Origin: Parcubacteria group bacterium M10-OD1-1
GTDB taxonomy: Bacteria; Patescibacteriota; Minisyncoccia; Moranbacterales; UBA2206
Direction: 5' to 3'
NCBI GenBank assembly: GCA_003056145.1
Contig: LSNL01000003.1
Location: 201,993-265,992 of the forward strand
Length of the DNA: 64,000 nt
A program made the position numbers and the translations under genes. Shown here piece by piece: positions 46,194 through 57,017 of this stretch (its first letter is position 1; every line of letters starts with the position of its first letter). Below the pieces are notes generated by a model. It worked only from the letters and a program-made list of their open reading frames with translations, was not told where the DNA came from and searched no databases.

Positions 46194-47212
46194 AATCAAA
46201 ATTAGCGTATATTGATCATTCATTTCATAAAAAAACAAAATCAACTTATTTCTTAAGGGATATTTTAAAAAAGGAATTTGAAATAATTAATATTTGGGAT
46301 GAATCATGGAAAAGTGGAAAAAAAATAAATATAGCTAACATTAATTCCCAAAATTTTGAATATGTTTTATTTTTTCAATCGCTACCATCTATAAAAGAGC
46401 TCCAAGAGATCAAAAGTAAGATAATTTGGGTTCCTATGTATGACGGGATTGTTGGTAGTAGTTGGAGTTTTTGGAAAGAGCTGTCGTCATTACAAATTAA
46501 AATAATTTCTTTTAGTGAAACATTGACGAATAAATTGAAGAATTTTAAGATGGATGTTTTGAACGTACGGTATTTTTTTAATCCAAAGGAATTCAATGAA
46601 GCGAAAAAAAGCCAAAAGAGAAGAATTCTTTTTTGGCAACGTACAACATTTTCTTTTAATGATGTAAAAAAAATTATTGGGAATCAGCAGATTGATAGAT
46701 TTATTTTAAAATTAGATTCAGATCCTGGCTATGAACCTATAGAACCAACAATAAAAGATATAAAAAAATATAATATTAAGGTGATAAGAGGCACAATTCA
46801 AAAACAGGACTATTTAAATTTATTAGAAAATAGTAATATATTTATATCACCAAGAAAATTTGAGGGTATTGGCATGAGTTTTATCGAAGCTATGTCTATG
46901 GGAATGGCTGTGGTTGTGTTTGATAATCCTACTATGAACGAATATGTAAAGCATAATAATAATGGATATATTATAAATTCAAAACGGATAAAAAAAATTA
47001 ATTTTGATAATTTTGCAGATATGGGTAAAAATGCAAGAGAATATTGTAATTACGGATTTAAAAAATGGAGAAAAGATAAACTGGCAATAATTGAATTTTT
47101 ACATTCAGAATACGAATCAGCTGTTGAATTAAATATGGCTACAAAGTATTGTATCAAATTGTTTAAAATAATTTATAAGTTTGCTCTAAAAGTAAGGTCT
47201 TACTATAAATAG
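46190..47212 (+). CDS. GT-B glycosyltransferase (GT4-like)
   Basis: 'FISPRKFEGIGMSFIEAMSMGMAVVVFDNP...NNGYII' matches the GT4 C-terminal motif. 4-nt overlap with upstream gene. Confidence 0.5.
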   Translation: MKSKLAYIDHSFHKKTKSTYFLRDILKKEFEIINIWDESWKSGKKINIANINSQNFEYVLFFQSLPSIKELQEIKSKIIWVPMYDGIVGSSWSFWKELSSLQIKIISFSETLTNKLKNFKMDVLNVRYFFNPKEFNEAKKSQKRRILFWQRTTFSFNDVKKIIGNQQIDRFILKLDSDPGYEPIEPTIKDIKKYNIKVIRGTIQKQDYLNLLENSNIFISPRKFEGIGMSFIEAMSMGMAVVVFDNPTMNEYVKHNNNGYIINSKRIKKINFDNFADMGKNAREYCNYGFKKWRKDKLAIIEFLHSEYESAVELNMATKYCIKLFKIIYKFALKVRSYYK

Positions 47213-47223
47213 TCATAATATAC

Positions 47224-49413
47224 ATGAATTTAATCAGTATTTTTTTTATTTTTTTACTTCCAGCAAACGTAATCTTGCTTTTGTTGTTTAATTTTAACAA
47301 ATATTTTAAGTTAAAATATTATATTCAATTTATTTTTTCTTATGGAGTGGCTCCTTTGTCTAGTGCGTTAATTTTTCGTTATCTAATACTATTATTTCCA
47401 GAGAAAAGTAGCTTGTTTTATACCCTAATAATTGGTTCTTTTTGGATAATTTTATTGATCTTGTTTTTCAAAAATGTAAATAAATTAAAGATAGCTTATA
47501 GAAAGTTATATTTTTTTACAAAAAGGATTATTTCTTTTAGAAATTTTTTGATTTATTTTCCAATTATTTTTATGCTAATCATTTTTACTTTTCAAGCACT
47601 GGTTTACCCTATTGTTGATGGAGATGGAGCACGGTATATAAATCAAAGTAAAGCTATTTATACTTATAAAAATATTCAATGGGAAAAAAGAGCGGCGGTA
47701 ATTATTGCTAGTAATAATGAATACAGGTTTAATCCAATGATTAGGCCAGCTATTCCATATTTCGTAGCTTTAACTTTTATGATTGATGGAAATAGTAGAA
47801 GTTACTTTATGTATAAATTTTTAGCTTATTATTATTACTTATTACTTTATTTAATTTTTATAGTTTTGGTTTATACATTAGCAGACAAACTCAAAAAAAA
47901 TAAGAAACTTGCTATTTTTTTTGGAATGTTATTTTTTACTTTTTCTTGGGCATTGACTAGAACAATGATTTTTAGTAGTAAAGAATCAATTATTTATTTT
48001 TTTACTTTACTGGGAATTTATTTTGTATATCAACTTATTAACCATAAAAAAAGAAATGCTTATCTAGAAATTTTACTAGGTATTATTCTAGGGATTAACT
48101 CTTTTGTTAACCTCCATGGTATTATAATTGGATTGATTCTACTTTTTTTACTTCTAATATTTTCTAGCCTCAGCTTCTGGGAAAGGTTAAAACAATCTCT
48201 CGTTGTTTTTTCTCTGTATCTATTTTTTGGAGCATTTGAATTTATACTTAATTTTAAAGGTGTGTTTCCTTTTGTCTCAGCTAAAATTAGCAACTTTATT
48301 CTGAAAATATTTCCAGTCAAAGAATTAAAACAATCTTATGAAGATAATCTAGCCAGTATAAAAATAGACAGCCTTTTCTCAAAAGGAAGAGAAGGTGTTA
48401 GGCATATTATTTCAAGTAATAAAGAAATAAAGACTATTAAGGAAAGTAATCTTGGCTTATACCAAGTGAATAATGGTTGGGGTATATATCTTAAAGGAAA
48501 ATTGCAAATATTGACCAAGATAGGTGTTTTTGGTTTTTACTTTTGGTTTTTTTTAATAATAGTTGTAAATAATTTTAAAAAAATAGTATTTAGTCGGGTA
48601 GGAAAATTAATTGTAGCCTTTATAATTGTTTATTTTTTCTTATTTATGGACCCGTTTAATATAGATAAAAGTCCATTAGCTATTGTTTTATGGGGGAGTA
48701 CTAAATATGCAGAACTAGTTCTATTAATGAGTTTAGTTATTGTATCTGTGTATTTCTATGATTTTGCAAAAGGAATTTTTAGTTATTTAAATAAATATAA
48801 ATATAAAATGTTAATCTCATTAAGCTTTATAGTATTGATTCTGATTATTTTTAAAAATTTAATTAATGAAGTAGCTTTAAAAATGTTATTTGTAACAATT
48901 CCAATCTATAAGAATATTTTATTTTATAAAGATAAAATTTCTTTTTTCTATTTTTCCATGTTTCTATTTTTAATAGTAATAATATTATCATTGATAGTAA
49001 ATTCATTTAAGAAAAAGCAAATAGCATTTTATATATTCTTAACTACCTGTATTTTATTTTTCATAGGAGTACCATTTTTTATTACAAATATTGGTAAGGT
49101 TCCATTAGATAAAACTATCAGTGACTTATTTTTAGATCGTAAATTAAAATTAGAGGCAACAGTTAATAATAATGCTATATATGATGTATATTTTTATGCT
49201 AAAAAAATATTGCCAAAAAATACAATAATAACGACAAATTTTTCGGAATTATATATATATAATGATTACTTTAAATTAACAAAAACAAGGTATGTTGGGG
49301 TGGATTATCTAATAACAAAATCAGATTGTAGCGATAAATGGAGTAATATTTATTCCAATCAAGATGTAAATTTGTGCAAGAAAGTTAATGGAATAGACTT
49401 CTTTTCTGATTGA
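47224..49413 (+). CDS. large polytopic membrane protein (729 aa, ~16 TM), putative GT-C/Wzy-like polymerase or transferase
   Basis: Acidic 'YPIVDGDGARY' motif after early TMs. No soluble enzymatic motif. Confidence 0.4.
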   Translation: MNLISIFFIFLLPANVILLLLFNFNKYFKLKYYIQFIFSYGVAPLSSALIFRYLILLFPEKSSLFYTLIIGSFWIILLILFFKNVNKLKIAYRKLYFFTKRIISFRNFLIYFPIIFMLIIFTFQALVYPIVDGDGARYINQSKAIYTYKNIQWEKRAAVIIASNNEYRFNPMIRPAIPYFVALTFMIDGNSRSYFMYKFLAYYYYLLLYLIFIVLVYTLADKLKKNKKLAIFFGMLFFTFSWALTRTMIFSSKESIIYFFTLLGIYFVYQLINHKKRNAYLEILLGIILGINSFVNLHGIIIGLILLFLLLIFSSLSFWERLKQSLVVFSLYLFFGAFEFILNFKGVFPFVSAKISNFILKIFPVKELKQSYEDNLASIKIDSLFSKGREGVRHIISSNKEIKTIKESNLGLYQVNNGWGIYLKGKLQILTKIGVFGFYFWFFLIIVVNNFKKIVFSRVGKLIVAFIIVYFFLFMDPFNIDKSPLAIVLWGSTKYAELVLLMSLVIVSVYFYDFAKGIFSYLNKYKYKMLISLSFIVLILIIFKNLINEVALKMLFVTIPIYKNILFYKDKISFFYFSMFLFLIVIILSLIVNSFKKKQIAFYIFLTTCILFFIGVPFFITNIGKVPLDKTISDLFLDRKLKLEATVNNNAIYDVYFYAKKILPKNTIITTNFSELYIYNDYFKLTKTRYVGVDYLITKSDCSDKWSNIYSNQDVNLCKKVNGIDFFSD

Positions 49414-50143
49414 GTATATATAGAAAAATTAAAAATTTTAAAATGAAGTAATTCTTTATGTATGTATTATATATGTCAATATGCTCGTTGTTGTATTTTC
49501 CAATTGAGCTTTGTGAATTTTTTCTAACTGAAAAGTTGCAAATTACTAAATCAATAAAAAGTGCGTTAATCTTTTTGCTAGTGAGCCTAATCCAAAGCTC
49601 ATAATCCATTGAATTTTTATATTTTTGATTAAACAAACCATATTTTTCGAATACAGATTTTTTTAAGAAAACGGTTTGATGAGGGATATAGTTGGTTAGG
49701 AGTAACAGCCAAAAATAAGTTTTTTGATAGATTTTGCGATGGGGTATTATCCGAAAGTTTTTTGTGTTGATATTTATGAATTTGGCTTTGCCATAAATCC
49801 AATCGGGATTATTTTTTTTTGTGATAAAATTAGATACATTCTCCAGCACGTTATTATCAAAGAAACTATCATCTGAATGAAGATGGATAATATATTTTCC
49901 TAAAGACTTATTAATACCTTTGTTCATTGCATTACCAATGCCTTTAGCTGGAAACTGAAAAAACTTTACTTTATCTGGAAATTCTTGGCGATATTTTTTA
50001 ATCATTTTAACTGTGCCGTCAGTTGAAAATCCGTCAATAAAGACATGCTCAAAATCACGAAAAGTCTGATTCTTGACCGAGTTGATATTTTGTTGTAAGT
50101 ATTCTTCGCTGTTATATGTGCAGGTGATGATAGAAAATTTCAT
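49385..50143 (-). CDS. GT2 glycosyltransferase
   Basis: 'MKFSIITCTYNSEEYLQQNINSVKNQTFRDFEHVFIDGFSTDGT' GT-A N-terminus and DxD-like 'HLHSDD'. Confidence 0.8.
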   Translation of the reverse strand: MKFSIITCTYNSEEYLQQNINSVKNQTFRDFEHVFIDGFSTDGTVKMIKKYRQEFPDKVKFFQFPAKGIGNAMNKGINKSLGKYIIHLHSDDSFFDNNVLENVSNFITKKNNPDWIYGKAKFININTKNFRIIPHRKIYQKTYFWLLLLTNYIPHQTVFLKKSVFEKYGLFNQKYKNSMDYELWIRLTSKKINALFIDLVICNFSVRKNSQSSIGKYNNEHIDIYNTYIKNYFILKFLIFLYILNQKRSLFH

Positions 50144-51300
50144 AAAAATATAATACTTATCTTGTTAATCATATTTGGAATGTCTGTTTTTTTGAGAATT
50201 TCTTTGGAATTATTTCTAATATAAAGTTTATTTTCAAAAACTTTTCCAATGGCTAAAGTAATTTCTTTTGGGTTATTTGGTTTTATTATGTATCCATTTT
50301 TTCCTTCTTCAACTAAATCAGCACCAGCGCCTGCAACTATAGTGGTTATGACTGGCAAACCGCAGGCTAGAGCTTCATTGATAACTAAACCCCAAACTTC
50401 TTCGCGTGAGGGCGTTATTAATAAATCTGAAATTGAATAGTATTTATAAAGTTCATCGTACTGAATAAAATCAGTAAAAAAAACATTTTGGATATTCTGT
50501 TCTTTAATTATTTCTTTAATTCTTTCTTTTTCTTGCCCTTTGCCAAGAATAAGTAGGGAGATATCAGCGTTTGTTTTTTGATAACCCTGAAATCCTTCCA
50601 AGAGCTCAAAAATTCCTTTTCTCTCAATAATTTGTCCGCTAAATAAGATTATCTTAGAAGTTTTAATTTTTAGTTTCTGTTTGAGGAGTCTCTTTTTTTC
50701 TTCGGAAAAATTTTCCGATTTATTTTTGAAATAATCAATGTTAACTGCATTGTAGAATATTTGAATTTTTTTTGGATTAGCACCGAGAGAAATTAAATAT
50801 TCTTTAGCTCGAGTTCCATAGGCAATAAAATTATTTGAATTTCGAATAATGTATTTAACTAAAGGATTGAAAACTGTTCTACGCCAACTTTTTTCGAATT
50901 TTGTGCTACCAGACCAAAGAGTAAAAACTTTTTTATTTTTTTTACACCAGTAAGCGGCTATATAAGCAGCCCAATTATCCCAGCCGAAAGAAATAATGCG
51001 ATCAGGATTTTCTTGTTGGATTTTTTTATAAATGCCAGGGTTGATAAAAAAAGTATTAAGATCTTTTCCAGCGATTCTAATAGAAAAATTATCTAATATT
51101 TCATAGCTAAAATTCATTTTATAATTAATTTTCCAGTTACGATTTTTATCACTGACACTTAAAAAAATAACTTTAAATTTAATCTCTTTTTTCTTGTAGT
51201 ATTTATCTAATTCGTTAAATAGAAAGATTCTAATTGGGCTTATAATATTATGTAAAACTATTATTTTTTTCATATAGCTATAGTTTATAGATATTTTCAA
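50140..51300 (-). CDS. GT4 glycosyltransferase
   Basis: 'PSREEVWGLVINEALACGLPVITT...EEGKNGYII' GT4 signature. Confidence 0.8.
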   Translation of the reverse strand: MKISINYSYMKKIIVLHNIISPIRIFLFNELDKYYKKKEIKFKVIFLSVSDKNRNWKINYKMNFSYEILDNFSIRIAGKDLNTFFINPGIYKKIQQENPDRIISFGWDNWAAYIAAYWCKKNKKVFTLWSGSTKFEKSWRRTVFNPLVKYIIRNSNNFIAYGTRAKEYLISLGANPKKIQIFYNAVNIDYFKNKSENFSEEKKRLLKQKLKIKTSKIILFSGQIIERKGIFELLEGFQGYQKTNADISLLILGKGQEKERIKEIIKEQNIQNVFFTDFIQYDELYKYYSISDLLITPSREEVWGLVINEALACGLPVITTIVAGAGADLVEEGKNGYIIKPNNPKEITLAIGKVFENKLYIRNNSKEILKKTDIPNMINKISIIFL

Positions 51301-52444
51301 CTTTTTTGAGTGTAATTTTTAAATCAAAATAATTTCTAACTACATTATTCGCATTTCTTGAAAATTTTTGATGCAAAACCGGATCGTTTAATAGCGATAA
51401 TATTTTTTCTGTTATTTTATTTTCTTCGGTTAGATTAAATTCAAAACCGCCGCCATATTTTTCAATTTCTGGCACATGGCATTCTCGAGAAATAATTTGG
51501 GGCACTCCTAAAGCAGCAATTTCCAAAACAGTCATTGGAAGACCTTCATTTCTGGAAGTAAAAAGAAAAAGGTCGCAAGATTTTATTGTCTCGAGCTTTT
51601 CTTTTCCTTCTAATATTCCAGTAAAAAGAACATTTTTTTTCAATTTCAGTTTTTCAATTTTATCTTCTAGTTTTGTTTTTTCGCCTTCATCCGGACCGAT
51701 GATTAAATATGTAAGACTTATTTCATTTTTTAATTTAGCAAGAATCTCAAGTGCTATATCTATTCCTTTGATATATTGAATCCGGCCAATATAGCCAATA
51801 ATTTTATTCTCTTTTGGGAGGTTATATTTTTCATGTAAATCAATTTTTCCTATATTTTTAAATTCTTCTAGTTTTATTCCATTAGGAATAATTGCTATTT
51901 TGTTTTCTAATTTATTGTCAATGGAAATTATTTCAGTTTTTTCGTTTTCAGTGAGAGCTATAATATTTTTTGAATTTTGCAAAACATCTAGGAATAATTT
52001 TAAAAATATTTTTTTAATTGTTTTAAATCTTGCTTTTTGGCGGACGGGAGAGAGGGTACCATGGGGTTGCACAATAAATGGAACTTTATATTTTTTGCAA
52101 AAGTGTGAGACAACGATATTTTGCAGAGTGAAAAAATCATGACAATGGATCGCATCAAAATTTTTAATATTGTTTTTTGCCCAACTATAAAAACCAATCG
52201 GCAAATACCCATTATAATTTTTTGCCAGCCAATTGCTGACATTCTTAAAACGGATTACCTTTATGCCATTTATTTCTTCTTTCAGCGTTGCTATTCTATT
52301 CTTACTGTCTAGCGTATCAGTGGTCGTTACTGTTATGTCGTGTCCACGTTTGGTTAATTCCTGAGAAATGTCTAAGCAAACCTTGATTGGTCCACCATAG
52401 CTGTAGGCTGGGACGAAATAGGGTATGACTTGGAGAATTTTCAT
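51278..52444 (-). CDS. GT4 glycosyltransferase
   Basis: 'MKILQVIPYFVPAYSYGGP' N-terminus and 'SRNEGLPMTVLEIAALGVPQIIS' C-terminal motif. Confidence 0.8.
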   Translation of the reverse strand: MKILQVIPYFVPAYSYGGPIKVCLDISQELTKRGHDITVTTTDTLDSKNRIATLKEEINGIKVIRFKNVSNWLAKNYNGYLPIGFYSWAKNNIKNFDAIHCHDFFTLQNIVVSHFCKKYKVPFIVQPHGTLSPVRQKARFKTIKKIFLKLFLDVLQNSKNIIALTENEKTEIISIDNKLENKIAIIPNGIKLEEFKNIGKIDLHEKYNLPKENKIIGYIGRIQYIKGIDIALEILAKLKNEISLTYLIIGPDEGEKTKLEDKIEKLKLKKNVLFTGILEGKEKLETIKSCDLFLFTSRNEGLPMTVLEIAALGVPQIISRECHVPEIEKYGGGFEFNLTEENKITEKILSLLNDPVLHQKFSRNANNVVRNYFDLKITLKKVENIYKL

Positions 52445-53931
52445 TTTAATTTTATAAACGAGTATTCTTCTCGAGAGGAAGATATGGAGAATATTTTATA
52501 GCCCGCTTTGTTTAATTTTTTTATAGCTCTTTTTGTTCTCTGAGGAGAAATCTGAGAAAATCTGTGGTGAAACTCTACGAGTATTTGATCTATTTCCAAG
52601 TTACTTTTTAATATATCATTTATGACATCATATTCTGAGCCTTCAATGTCCATTTTTAATATGGAAATTCTATTGTGTCCTAAATTGTGCATAATAGTTT
52701 TAAGTTTTGCGATTTTTGCTTTGATAGAATTCTGCGAATCCTTTTGAAAGATACTATGGGAAATATGATTTGGATTTATTGGTGGGAAAAGTTGAATAAA
52801 CCCATCCGTTGCTCCTATTCCATATTTAAAGTATGAAAATTTTTTTGGTAGAGTTTGTTTTTTTAGCCAGGTTATTGATTTTGGCGTAGGATCAAAAGCG
52901 AAAACATTGCAATTAAACTTTCTAATTATATCTAAATCAAAAGAAACATCCTCTCCTACGCCAAAAGAATATATAATACTATTTTTGTTAATCTTATCTG
53001 GACAAATAAACCAACCGCCATACTTTTGAGACCCAAGATATTTTTTATTTATATTTCTGCTTTGGATAGGAAAATAAATTTCATTGCCTGTAATGGTTTT
53101 TATTAAAAACATAAATTTTCTATATAGTAATCTTAGCATAGTCTCTATTTTTGAATAAATTTTATTAAACATATTTAAAATTTTATAAATCCCAGTTATT
53201 TTATAATAGTTAATTTGATGTAAAAAAATTGATAGGGGATAGGCGGTGCCATATTTTTTGGCTAATCGGAGTTCATCTTGAAATTGTTTTTTATTCACGC
53301 TACCAGATTTTGAATTAATGTAGTAGCGGAAATTTGCTAGATAACTATTAATTATTCCGGCTGGATATTTTTGCCCTATTCTGAGCCAAAATTCATAGTC
53401 CATGCAGAAATTTTCTGTTGTATTAAAATTACCAATTTCATTAAGTATTTCTTTTTTCCAAAAGGTAGCTGGTTGAGAAATGAAATTCTCGGTCAGTAAT
53501 TTTTTGTAGGAATAATTTTTAAGCAATAAATTTTTATACCAAGTAATTGGTTTACGAATTTCTTGATCTTTTTCATTGATAATTTTACATTTTCCATAAA
53601 CCCATTTTTTAGTTAGATTTTTTTGAAAAAAATCAGTAACTTTTCTAAGTGTTTCTGATTCATAAGTATCATCTGAATTAAGATAGGCGATAATATCTCC
53701 AGTTGCAATCTTAAATCCTTTGTTAATAGCATCTGATTGCCCGTTATCTTTTTCAGATTTCCAAATTATTTTGTCGGAATATTTTTTTAAAATTTCAATT
53801 GTGCCATCAGTTGACCCACCGTCTATAACAATATATTCCAAATTGGGATGGTTCTGACTAAGAACACTTAAGATTGTTCGTTCAATAAATTTTGCTTGAT
53901 TGTATGACGGAGTAATAATAGAAATCTTCAT
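52441..53931 (-). CDS. bifunctional GT2 glycosyltransferase / FkbM-family methyltransferase fusion
   Basis: N-terminal 'KISIITPSYNQAKFIERTILSVLSQNHPNLEYIVIDGGSTDGT' (GT2). C-terminal 'GVGEDVSFD...FAFDPTP...YGIGATDGFIQL...ILKMDIEGSEYDVI' (FkbM-type SAM methyltransferase). Confidence 0.75.
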   Translation of the reverse strand: MKISIITPSYNQAKFIERTILSVLSQNHPNLEYIVIDGGSTDGTIEILKKYSDKIIWKSEKDNGQSDAINKGFKIATGDIIAYLNSDDTYESETLRKVTDFFQKNLTKKWVYGKCKIINEKDQEIRKPITWYKNLLLKNYSYKKLLTENFISQPATFWKKEILNEIGNFNTTENFCMDYEFWLRIGQKYPAGIINSYLANFRYYINSKSGSVNKKQFQDELRLAKKYGTAYPLSIFLHQINYYKITGIYKILNMFNKIYSKIETMLRLLYRKFMFLIKTITGNEIYFPIQSRNINKKYLGSQKYGGWFICPDKINKNSIIYSFGVGEDVSFDLDIIRKFNCNVFAFDPTPKSITWLKKQTLPKKFSYFKYGIGATDGFIQLFPPINPNHISHSIFQKDSQNSIKAKIAKLKTIMHNLGHNRISILKMDIEGSEYDVINDILKSNLEIDQILVEFHHRFSQISPQRTKRAIKKLNKAGYKIFSISSSREEYSFIKLK

Positions 53932-54275
53932 TTCTTATTGCTTATTTCTTTTAGAGAATCTTTGCGAGTAAGCTCAGAAATATTTTGTTCCAATTTTTCA
54001 ATAGCGGATAAGAGTTTAAAAATCATGAGGAAGATAAGAATGAACCCAGTTAAAATTACAGCGTTAATATTTCCTTCAATGCCAATGATGTGAGCGAGAA
54101 AAACAGTAAATTTTGGAAAAACAGCTATAAGTGCCATACTTCCCCAAACTGCAATTCGTACAGAGAGCTTTAAAAAGGTTTGTCCTTTCTTTCTTTGAAT
54201 GTATTTTTTAATGCCTTGGTAGATCATTGCAAAGGCAATTAAACTAACGAGAATTTGGTAAAGGTGAAAAGTCAT
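53928..54275 (-). CDS. small membrane protein (DUF2304-like partner of Dpm1-type GT2)
   Basis: 115 aa, 3-4 TMs, directly downstream of the soluble Dpm1-like GT2 on the same strand. Confidence 0.5.
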   Translation of the reverse strand: MTFHLYQILVSLIAFAMIYQGIKKYIQRKKGQTFLKLSVRIAVWGSMALIAVFPKFTVFLAHIIGIEGNINAVILTGFILIFLMIFKLLSAIEKLEQNISELTRKDSLKEISNKK

Positions 54276-54457
54276 ATTTCAATAAAAAGTATTTTATTTA
54301 GCACTTGTTTAATTGTAGCAAAATCAAAAGGAAAGAGCAAAATGTTGAAAAAGTTAAAGGATAATTTAAAAAACTCTCTGAAAATAGATTGAAAATATTA
54401 TTCAAATACTAAAATCAAAGTAAAATTAGGAGTAGCTAGTAAAGTAGTTTGAGGTTA

Positions 54458-55147
54458 TTAACTAATTAAATTCCAAATCATTTTATAAACAGTCTGAACT
54501 CCATTAAAAAATCCTTGTTTTTGAATTTTTCCCATTGAGTATTTTGTGTAGCGGACTTGAATAGGTATTTCTTTGTATCTTAGCTTATATTTATACACCT
54601 CGTGGATTACTTCACTGTCATATTCATAACGGTCTCCTAATGTATTGATAAGGGTAAAAGCTTTTTTGGAATAAGCACGAAAACCAGATTGACTATCTGT
54701 TACCCAAAGACCATATAAATACCAAGTGATTAAATTTCCTATTTTATTGTGAAGAATTTTATACCAAGGCATTCCTTTGGGATTTATTAAGCGAGAGCCT
54801 AAAACAACATCACACTTGTTTTCAATGAGTGGTTTAATTAATTTAATGATGTCTTGGGGATTATGCTGTCCATCGGCATCCATAGTTACAATAATGTCTG
54901 CACTGAGTAATTTAGATGCTTCAATTCCAGTTTTAGTAGTCGCTCCTTTTCCACGATTAATTTTATGACGAAAAACTAAAACACCAGTTTTTTTGGCTAC
55001 TTTAAAAGTTTGGTCTGAACTGCCATCGTCAACTAGGATTATATTTTGATAGCCAACTTTCTGAATTTCTGTAATAACTTCTGTAATAACTTTTTCTTCG
55101 TTATAGGCAGGAAGGATAATATAGATTTTTTTATTCTGTTTTTCCAT
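54458..55147 (-). CDS. GT2 polyprenyl-phosphate glycosyltransferase, soluble Dpm1-like form
   Basis: 'IYIILPAYNEEKVI...ILVDDGSSDQT...TMDADGQHNPQDIIKLI...VVLGSR'. No C-terminal TMs. Confidence 0.8.
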   Translation of the reverse strand: MEKQNKKIYIILPAYNEEKVITEVITEIQKVGYQNIILVDDGSSDQTFKVAKKTGVLVFRHKINRGKGATTKTGIEASKLLSADIIVTMDADGQHNPQDIIKLIKPLIENKCDVVLGSRLINPKGMPWYKILHNKIGNLITWYLYGLWVTDSQSGFRAYSKKAFTLINTLGDRYEYDSEVIHEVYKYKLRYKEIPIQVRYTKYSMGKIQKQGFFNGVQTVYKMIWNLIS

Positions 55148-55157
55148 AATTTATTTA

Positions 55158-56879
55158 TTATTTGAAGGCTTTTTTCCAAGTATAGACTTCGGAAATTTTT
55201 TGCATTTGATTGGTTATTTCTTTCTGTGATCTTTTCTGCCGAAGGGCTTTAGCTACATTTTTTTTAGGTTTCCAATAATCAACAGTCAAAGAACCAAATA
55301 CTTTTCTAGCTTGAAGTCTAAAATGTTTGCCAGGCTTTTTCTTCTTAATAGATTGATAAATCATAAAATAGTTACCTTTTTGATAAATAAGTTGACTGTT
55401 TATGGGTGCGTAATAATCAATGCCTCGTTTTCTTAAATGATACCAAAAAGCAGGAGCATATTCATGGAGAGTTTTTAAATAAACTGGATAATGATTTTTT
55501 TCGTATTTGGACTGAATATAATCAACAATTTCTAATTGTTGCTTGAGGGTTAAACGATTAGTATTGGGAAAAACATCTTCAGTTTCTAATTTCATTGGTT
55601 GAGTTTGAGCACGAGAGTAGTTTTTAAAAATTTTAGAAAGCTCTGTTAAATTTAAAAGGACTAGTGTTAAAGAAATTAAAATAATAATAACAAGCTGGCG
55701 ACGGTCTTTTTTGGGATAAATACTTTCAAATACTAAGCCAAGGAGAATGAAGGCTAAAGGAGTATTAAGTAGAAAAAAGCGAGGATAAAATCGGTAACCG
55801 CTATGCAAAAGAGCGAGATAATAGAAAAAAGAGAAACCAAGCCAGATGGAAATTAGCTGAAGAAATGATTTTTTATTTTCATTTTTTTCAAAATAAGTCT
55901 TTCTAAAAAGAAGGTAAATTGCTAAAAAGAAGATTAGAATACTTAGAATTTGGAGAATTCTTCCATTGATTAATAAATCTTTTAAATGATTTATTTGATT
56001 TCTAGCTTGGGCTTTTCCATTAATTTCATCTTGACCAGTCAGAACAAGTAAGCTTTCTAAAGCATTGAAACGAATATCACGAACCAAGATTTTTCCTAAA
56101 TGTTTATTTACTCTTGTTGTTCGAGTAAATTTTTTTTCAAAAAACTTAAGGTTTTCTCCATTGGTTTTTAGGTCATTAACAATCATGGGAGAATAAATAA
56201 TCAAGAAAATAGCGATAGCTCCAAGCCAAGTTTTAATCTTGAATTTTGGTTTTTTTAAAATAAGAAAAAATACTACAATTGGAGGAACTACAAAAAAAGC
56301 ATTAAAGTGAATTTGGGTAATTATAGCAATAGAAAGTACAGAAGCTAAAAACCACCAATCTCGTTTTTTTTCGTTTCGATTGATACTTTTTAACAAGAAG
56401 TAAAAGGAAAGGATGATAAAAAAAGGTAGGATATTGGGACTCCAAGAAAAACGAGAATAAAGCACTAGATAGGTAGAAGAAGAAAAAATAGTTAATAGTA
56501 GAAGCGAGATAGTAGTAGAAAAGTATTTTTTCAAAAATAAATAGAAAAGAGGAATAGCTAATAAAGAAGTGATAAGGATTAGCATTGCGTGTCCAGTAGG
56601 AGTATTGCCAAAAATCCTAGCACTTAAATATTCTAGATAATAAAAAGCTGGACCAAGACGCAAAGCACGTCCTCCGCCAGCTGTTGGTCCCAAGAGAGGA
56701 AGATTGGCGATGCCTTTTTCTATTCCTTGAGAAACTAGGATGGTGTCATAAGTTTGATCAATCTCAAAATGAAGCCAATCGGAAAAATGGTATGTTCTTA
56801 GGAAAAATCCTAGCGTAAAAATTAAAACTAGAAAAATTATTTTCCCTTGGGAAAGTTTTATTTTTTGAAAAATATTCAT
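55158..56879 (-). CDS. polytopic membrane protein (573 aa), putative GT-C glycosyltransferase (ArnT/PMT-like)
   Basis: ~13 TMs. 'HFSDWLHFEIDQTYD' acidic loop after TM1. Confidence 0.45.
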   Translation of the reverse strand: MNIFQKIKLSQGKIIFLVLIFTLGFFLRTYHFSDWLHFEIDQTYDTILVSQGIEKGIANLPLLGPTAGGGRALRLGPAFYYLEYLSARIFGNTPTGHAMLILITSLLAIPLFYLFLKKYFSTTISLLLLTIFSSSTYLVLYSRFSWSPNILPFFIILSFYFLLKSINRNEKKRDWWFLASVLSIAIITQIHFNAFFVVPPIVVFFLILKKPKFKIKTWLGAIAIFLIIYSPMIVNDLKTNGENLKFFEKKFTRTTRVNKHLGKILVRDIRFNALESLLVLTGQDEINGKAQARNQINHLKDLLINGRILQILSILIFFLAIYLLFRKTYFEKNENKKSFLQLISIWLGFSFFYYLALLHSGYRFYPRFFLLNTPLAFILLGLVFESIYPKKDRRQLVIIILISLTLVLLNLTELSKIFKNYSRAQTQPMKLETEDVFPNTNRLTLKQQLEIVDYIQSKYEKNHYPVYLKTLHEYAPAFWYHLRKRGIDYYAPINSQLIYQKGNYFMIYQSIKKKKPGKHFRLQARKVFGSLTVDYWKPKKNVAKALRQKRSQKEITNQMQKISEVYTWKKAFK

Positions 56880-57017
56880 AATTTTATTTTAGCACAATTA
56901 GTAGGAAACAAAAAAAGAAAGGTAAATGTTTGTTAAGAGGGATAAAAAAATCAAAATTTAGAAAATGTGTTATAATAAAAATAATTAAAATAAAAAATTT
57001 CCACTCAGGCAAAATTT

